Shown here: in pieces, positions 56,385 through 64,000 of the stretch | How positions within the stretch are numbered: position 1 is the first letter of the stretch | How the letters are laid out: each line of letters starts with the position of its first letter | NCBI RefSeq assembly: GCF_009914755.1 | Contig: NC_060932.1 | Length of the DNA: 64,000 nt | Direction: 5' to 3' (one strand) | Origin: the human T2T-CHM13v2.0 reference genome, Homo sapiens | Notes under the pieces: model-generated | The model's input: only the letters and a program-made list of their open reading frames with translations | What the model was told of the DNA's origin: nothing | Databases searched by the model: none | Made by a program: the position numbers and the translations under genes

Positions 56385-56500
56385 GCCACTCATTCAACAA
56401 GTATTTCTTGGAGACCCACTATAAACTCAGCACTGGGTTAAGTGCTGGGAAACAGATTAAAAACAAATATACACCATCCCTGTTCTCATGAACCTAATTG
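56385..56500 (-). mobile_element. L2 3' end
   Basis: cactcattcaacaagtatttcttggagacccacta...cagcactgggttaagtgctgggaaaca...tccctgttctcatgaacct. Confidence 0.75.
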
Positions 56501-56804
56501 TTATTCAAGGTTATAACTAACACAAGACTTAATCTGAGCCCAAGTCGAGTATAAAGTGTGAAATATCCAAATAACTGTCATTAAAATATATTTGGAGGCA
56601 AATAATGCAGAGAAAACATTTATCAGGCACATTTTTCCACCATGAAAGGAAATGCTATATACTTTGATCACAATATTTTTTTGTCTGTCACCCTAGGTCT
56701 GTATTTGAAAAGGAGATATAGAAAACTAAAAGTCCAGAATATACCATATCTTACCTTCTATTTGGGATCTAGAATTTCTAGACTAAAGAGGAGGCTACAA
56801 AAAG

Positions 56805-56970
56805 TTAATCAAATATGATATTTACTAAGCACCTATCAAGCAACCTACCACCTTGGAGGTGGACTCTGGGATACAGAGGAGAATGAATCAGCTTTACCCC
56901 TGAAAGTACAGAAACCTAGACAGTTAAAAACCAAATAATTATAATGCAAGGTAGAATGAGTTAAGGTCCC
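56805..56970 (-). mobile_element. L2 3' end
   Basis: atttactaagcaccta...ctctgggatacagaggagaatgaa...taattataatgcaaggtaga. Confidence 0.6.
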
Positions 56971-58989
56971 AAATGGGATTCAAGGGCTACAGCCACTGAC
57001 TTACTGCCCCTGTCTAAATTCCAGAATTTTCCAAGGCCCTGAAAGACATAAGGAGGACGATCCAAGCCTGAATGCCTGGACCCCTAAAATTATACAGGGC
57101 AAGAGAATACCGGGACTAGGGGGACTTTCGAAAGTCCCTCCGCACGTGTTGGAAATCAACTCTTAGATTACCATCTCACCTGCCGGTGTGGACAGAAAAA
57201 CGTGTAATACAAGCACCTGATGATGAGGCTGGTGATAACCAGGGAATGCCCTAGGCTGAAGGGCAGGCCAAATCACTGCTGATTTATTCTCTGCTATCTG
57301 AAAAATCACTAGGCCATTTGTAAAACCCCCAAGGGGGACTAAAATGACAGGCTTCAAATGACAGTTCTTACACCATGTCCTGAATAGGAGCAAACTGAGA
57401 AAGCTCCCAGGCCACACCATGCCTGGGAGTTCCAAAAGTGAGTATCTTATACTTTCACAGACATGTCCCAAAAATCCAATTAATTCATCTCATCTAATTA
57501 AAGGAGTTCATTGGAAATGCAATATGGTATTTTTATCGTGCTGCTGCTTGAATCTCCAAGTCAGTGAACTAGAAGAAAGAAATTTTTATTTTGTGGAGAA
57601 GATACAAGAAAACTTTGGGAAAAGAAAGGAGAGGATACACTCCCCCCACCCCCCAAAAAAGCCCTTTATAAAACAGCCCCTTGATGCTTGGCAGAAAACA
57701 ATATACACCACATGCTCCAGAAAAATTCCCAGCAAAAAAAAAAAAAAAAAAAAAAGATTTGAAATTTGAATACATGTTCCACATACAAATACAGGCCTAT
57801 AATCATCATTGTGCATAACATACATACCCTGCTTCCTGTCTTGAGCCAAGCACTATCAAATTTGGGATCAGACATTCCATCTCACTTTACTTATACTTAG
57901 TGAACCATTTGCCAGAGTCTCTTTTTGAACAGTGGATGTTAGAGAACCCTCTGTATAATTCTGTAATGTATAAGAAGAATTTAATCCTGTTCTAACATGC
58001 TTTTTTTGGATATGGTGAAGTTTCAAGGAACACAGATGACCCAATGACAGCAAAGCCTGCTACAATGTGGAACTGGATAGGAATCAGATCACATCTGGAT
58101 TTGGTGGCCAACACGGTATCACAGAAAGGCTCTTACAATGTGTTTATTCATAATTGCAGCTTTGTCTCCTGAGAAAAAGAATGAAAACTTAAGTTCCAAT
58201 ATGTCTGAATGCTCCCAGATCTTCAAATCACAGGCTAGAATTTCTTCTCTAAGTTTTACCTTGGCCCTGTTATAAGTTTATCCTCAAGGATAGGCATACA
58301 CTGTTTAAACTTAACATGCAGAAACGGTGCAGAGGTCTGGGTCCTGCTGCTACTGATAATGCCATCCTCAAGAAGAAGCCATCAGTTGTTAGCAGCCCTT
58401 CAAATTGTTGAAAGTAGAAAGTCATTCACTGTTATCGCGCTTCCTGATTTGCTAAGTGCCCCTGCACGGTGGAATCACTTGCTTGGCTACCTGGATTGCT
58501 AGAAAAGAAAAATAGTTTTCCCTTCTCTATCTCGCACAGGTTTATCTCTGAAAGCTATCTCAGGTGACCGACCCCCAGCACATTTGCTACCCGTTTTAAT
58601 GTTTTTTCAAGAGGCAGGAACAAGACCTCTGTGACTGCTCAGCTTCACAGAACTAGTGGGAAACATAATACTTTTGTAATAGGAGAACGAATTTTTTTAA
58701 AGACACAAAGTCATATTAATGATTTGTACTCTCGGTTGAACAACATCTGGGAAATAAAAATCTACTGTATTTTGGCAACAGTTCCAACAGGTGGTTGGAA
58801 TTCTGGGCACTTGCCAAACCACCAGGAGCTTCTATATGACTGGCAAGCTAATGTACAATATTGCACACTACAATTATAATGAGCTGTAAACAGGTCAAAT
58901 GAAAGAAATGAAATTAAAACCATGATAAACACATACAAACGGTAAGCCTGAAGTTACAGGCATCAAATGTAGTTTAATGGAACAGACAG

Positions 58990-59225
58990 AATAATAATGA
59001 CAGTAACAATAGTTTCTTATTGAGTGTTTACTATGTTCCATGCACTATTCTAAGCATATTACATGTATTATTACTCATTTAATCCCTGTAACAGCAACCC
59101 TATGAAGTTGAAATTGTTATCTCCATTTTACAAGTGAAGAACGGAAACAGGGAAGCTGACCAAGGTCTCGTAGCTAGTGACAGAGTCACCATCTGAATTC
59201 AAACCAGAACCCTTATGTGTAACCT
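58990..59225 (-). mobile_element. MIR, near full length
   Basis: ttattgagtgtttactatgttccatgcactattctaagc...actcatttaatcc...caaccctatgaag...ctccattttacaagtgaagaacgga. Confidence 0.85.
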
Positions 59226-60805
59226 CTAAGCAATCCTCAGCTGGAAGTCAAGAGACGTGTGTTCCATTTCGGATTCGGTCACAACTACATGACCTTGGGC
59301 AAATTGCTCAACCTCCCTGGATCTCTACTTTTTGTCTACGCTACACAAGAGTTAAACTAGATTTTAGGATCACTTCCACAATCTTATTGCTCTTCTCTCC
59401 AGACAAAACTGTCTGATATCAAATATTTGGAGTCAGTTGAACACCATGCCCTCCTCCCTGAGCAAACATACAACACACATGCAGACATACATGTGCATGT
59501 ACAGATGTGACAGCTTCAATCAGAGGTCTCTGTGTAGGAAAATCAGATGAGGAAAACTGAGGCCCAAAGAGGTTCAAACCTCACCAACACTCCCTATATT
59601 CTCACTTCATATTTTTCATCCAAGGGGGCTCATTTCTTAGCTTATTTTCATAGAAACCTAAGATTTGTTTTGACATCTAATCCTTTTGCCCTCTGTTATC
59701 CCTGCTTGAGTTACTCCTTAGATATAGCTAAGTCTAAACTAAGTGCAGGAAAACACTACTCCACCTTTTAACCGTACTAAGCATTGAGGTACTTAAATTT
59801 TAACTTATCATAAAATACTGTTCTTTTTTAAAAACATGTAACTCTATAATCTAAATACAAAAAATATTATACATTTCCACTCTGAATCAATAAAAGACTG
59901 ACTGCCCTGCATTGACAGGTTTGCAACATTGCACTTGCATACTTAAAAATGCAGTTATCATAAAAAGTGTTGCTTAAAGGTAGCTTTTTCAATGCAGGTG
60001 TGAATTTTAAAGACACATGTAGCATATAAGAAATGGTGTTTTCAAGAAAAATTTACTCTCTGTCAGTAAAGCAAAAGCATCTCAGTATTAGATTCCCTCT
60101 GATTGAATTTTCAGATTGCTTCAGATATACAGACCTAGGAATAATTTTGGAAAATGGCCTTCCTAATCTTTTGTAAAAACATCATAAAACATAATTTCTA
60201 CTTAATCAAGTGTCATATGATTGTCACCAAATCTGAATCAATTTTTAAGACCCACTAAGAAGTCAAGTCATTGCAATACAGGACACCCTCTATTTTACCT
60301 ATGCACCTTGAGTACTTCTATGCAATATCCCACAGGATTCTACAAACTAAACAAACAAGCCACGATTTTAAATGGAGGAAATGGAGGCCAGCGGAAGGAA
60401 CAATTGTACACCTTCCCTTTGCTTTTCCCCGCTTTGCCTTTTAATTAAATGATAAATCTCAATATGAATTCATTAGCAGCCTGATAGCTCAATTAAGCCC
60501 TGTGTTACTGCATTCTCTGGGGCAATGCTTCAATATCAGTTAGCAGAGTTTGAACGTAACCTGAGCAAAAAATGTGAGCCAAAAGTTTTATTCTATCAAT
60601 CTTTTGGGAGAAAAACTACAATTAAAGGGGGGGAAGTTTCAATATCTACAGACTGTTAAATGATAAAAAGATCATAATGTTTTTTCCTGTACCAATAAAT
60701 TATTTGGATTTGTGTTATGCAGCAAAACCCTTTGGTTCATTTTAATTTGGCTTCAGTGATACTTATATCAAACACAATAGTAAAAATAGAAAAAGAAAGA
60801 AAAGA

Positions 60806-61057
60806 GGCCAGGTGCACTGGTTCACGCCTGTAATCCCAGCACTTTGGGACGCTGAGGCAGGCGGATCACGAGGTCGGGAGATCGAGACCATGCTGGCCAA
60901 CATGGTGAAACCCCATCTGTACTAAAAATACAAAAATTAGCTGGATGTGGTGGTACTCAGGAGGCTGAGGCAGGAGAATCACTTGAACCAGGGAGTGGAA
61001 GGTTACAGTGAGCCGAGATCACGCCACTGCGGCCTGGCGACAGAGCAAGACTCCGTC
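60806..61057 (+). mobile_element. AluSc-like with small internal deletions
   Basis: ggatcacgaggtcgggagatcgagacca; tail replaced by GGAA repeat. Confidence 0.93.
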
Positions 61058-61190
61058 AAGAAAGGAAGGAAGGAAGGAAGGAAGGAGGAAGGAAGGAAGG
61101 AAGGAAGGAAGGAAGGAAGGAAGGAAGGAAGGAAGGAAGGGAGGGAGGGAAGGAGGGAAGGAGGGAGGGAAGGAAAGGAAGGAAGAAAGG
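61058..61190 (+). repeat. (GGAA)5-GGA-(GGAA)13 followed by GGGA/GGAA mix; pure purine tract
   Basis: Counted directly (13-unit run at 61087-61138). Confidence 0.97.
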
Positions 61191-61404
61191 ATACCTTGGG
61201 GAAAAAAAGGTTCATTGGGAGAAACTTCCCATTTGAACATGACAAGAAACTCTGGGTGAACCAGCAAATGAACACAATGAACTTGGAGTAGGAACAGGAA
61301 TGCCTGAGCTACAAACCAAAGACAGTAACATTTAGAGACTCCATACTTTGAATATACCATATCAACAGTAGTAACATTCCCTTCGGTTAAATAAATGTAA
61401 ATTT

Positions 61405-61505
61405 TTTTCATTTATGCAACAAACACTGAGTGCTTCCTGTGAGTCAGTCGGGCATGGTGCTGAGGCTCTGAAGGTATAATGGTACGAGAGCTCAATGTCA
61501 TTTTC
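61405..61505 (-). mobile_element. L2 3' end
   Basis: ttcatttatgcaacaaacactgagtgcttcctgtgagtcag...catggtgctgaggctctg. Confidence 0.55.
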
Positions 61506-61564
61506 CCAAGGAGGCCTTTCTTTCCCTCCATATTTAAAGCTGCAAAATTCTTCCTCATCCCCAC

Positions 61565-62035
<471 letters not shown>

Positions 62036-62039
62036 CCTT

Positions 62040-62245
62040 AACCCACTTCCATACGTTGCTTTACTTCACAGCATCCAGCACCTTCTAATATATGACAAAA
62101 TGTGTATGCCATGATCCTCAGCCTCCAGCCACTAGGCTATGAGCATCTAGAAGGCAGGTACGTGCACCTTCTTATTCACTGTTGAATCCCCAGTGCCTGC
62201 ACACCGTAGGCACTCAATAAGTATCTGTTGAGTAAATCAATGAAA
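62040..62245 (+). mobile_element. L2 3' end
   Basis: ttattcactgttgaatccccagtgcctgcacaccgtaggcactcaataagtatctgttgagtaaatcaatgaa. Confidence 0.85.
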
Positions 62246-62927
62246 AACCAACATGAATCCTCCCCTCAGGTTCTGTGCAATCTACTGGAGAGAGACAAAC
62301 AAACAGCTAACTGAATGGAAAACCACAGCTGGGTGTTAAATGTTCTATATGAGCACATACCAGGAGAATTTGGCCTTGTCTGAGGCATCAAGGAAGTGAC
62401 TCTGGAAGAAGTCAGATGCAGCTGGGTGCTGGCTTTCCAGAAAGTGGAAAGGAGGTGTGTGGGGAAAGCGGGGAGAAGGAGGAGGAGTGTGGCTCTGCCC
62501 TGGGGCTGGGGATGAGAAGGCAGGCAGAGCTTGCCTGCCTTAGTAACATGTGAATTAACTATGAGACACCCCCAAGGCCCATTCAAGCAGGGTGGTGATC
62601 ATATTTTCTATCAGTGGCACTGTGGATGATTTCTACCAATCCGTCAGGACACTGAAATGTGTGCAGGAAGTGTGCCTGCTACACGTCCAAGCTAGGCCCC
62701 CGCTAGGAGTGTGAAATGCCCAACATACCTGCCAGGACAACCATAGGACAAGAGACGAGATGTCCCTTGTTCCCTCCTGGGCCCCTCCCTTCTCCAAACC
62801 CTAACATCCATATGCCACGCCTTAGGCAGGCAGGGCCAGCCCTAGCCCTAGGCTAGCTACTCTCTTTACCTGAGCCCACAGCCCAAGTCATTCTAGATAC
62901 TAGTCCATCAAGAATAGCTAACACAGT

Positions 62928-63238
<311 letters not shown>

Positions 63239-64000
63239 CTAGCACTACAGGCCTACACCACAGGATCAGAAAACTTACCATTTCACCTAGGTTTAAACTG
63301 ATATGCATCTTGAAAACCCAGAAATCAGAGTTAGCAACAAGTAGCAGAAATCAAATGCTAACCGAAAGGAGACCCTGTCTCTCTGGAGCCTTGGCGGAAA
63401 TTGCTAAAGTTGGTAGACAAGTTTTCAAATGGAGATCTTACTCTTAAGACCATCAGTATATTTTATTAATCATACGGTTTTCAAAAAAGTTATAAAACAC
63501 ATTACTTCTTTTTCTACATTCTTAAACAAAGGACAGTGAACACAAATGATGTTTCAGAGCCAATACTGTACCATGTTATAGTTCATCAAATATCCACAGA
63601 AGCTGTGCTTGGTGACAGGCAGGGCAGTAGGTGTTGGACTTGGAAGCACATTCATTCCTGAGGAGGGTGTAGAACACATTCTTGGGCATTGGGCCAGCTG
63701 TTCTTCAATTGCCATGGTTCTTTACTTCTTCTGGGCATTACATTTTATAATTTCCTGGCCCACTTCCTTATATTTGGGTTACCAGCTGTCCTTTCTTCCC
63801 AGTACTATCTGCAAGAATCCCTCTTTCATTTTTAAATGTACTGCTTCTAATCTACTGCAGGCTGAGAAACCAGATTACCTAACAGGTTAGAATTGTCTAA
63901 CGTAAGATTAAATAAATTCTAGGTTAGAAATCCAAGTGATACTCTAGAAATCAATCATACTATTGTTTGTGAGTGTGTGGTCTTTATGACATCAGTTCCA

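Noticed and set aside
60947-61411. Low-complexity ORFs (EGRK)n/(PSFL)n, and (REEKR)n/(LFSSL)n at 37968-38273
   Set aside because: Translations of GGAA and AAGAG microsatellites.

Overview
Primate (human-like) nuclear genomic DNA, almost certainly intronic or intergenic. I recognise no protein-coding gene, rRNA, tRNA, snRNA or CRISPR array. The ORF track is explained by Alu-derived pseudo-ORFs, microsatellite ORFs, one L1 ORF2 C-terminal remnant (28854-29225, minus) and chance short ORFs. The window holds about 24 Alu/FLAM copies (J, S and Y types), four L1 3' fragments, many MIR and L2 relics, three LTR relics (MSTA-like, MLT1-like, ERVL-like) and several DNA-transposon MITEs (MER5, MER20, MER30, MER53, MER58, MER102, MER103, Tigger2-like). 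The only CpG/GC-rich non-repeat segment is about 38.45-39.25 kb. It looks like an internal promoter with a short minus-strand first exon. By eye the plus strand is A/C-rich, which would fit a long minus-strand host gene, but I cannot name the gene. The most solid unusual observations are structural: an ancient ~250-bp local duplication (31.6/33.4 kb), a recent ~65-bp duplication around an AluY (55.9/56.3 kb), stacked and nested insertions, and long GGAA/GAGAA tracts. I found no sequence-supported evidence for a novel multi-gene system. All repeat family and subfamily names come from recalled consensus sequences, not a database search, and the boundaries of old repeats are approximate.
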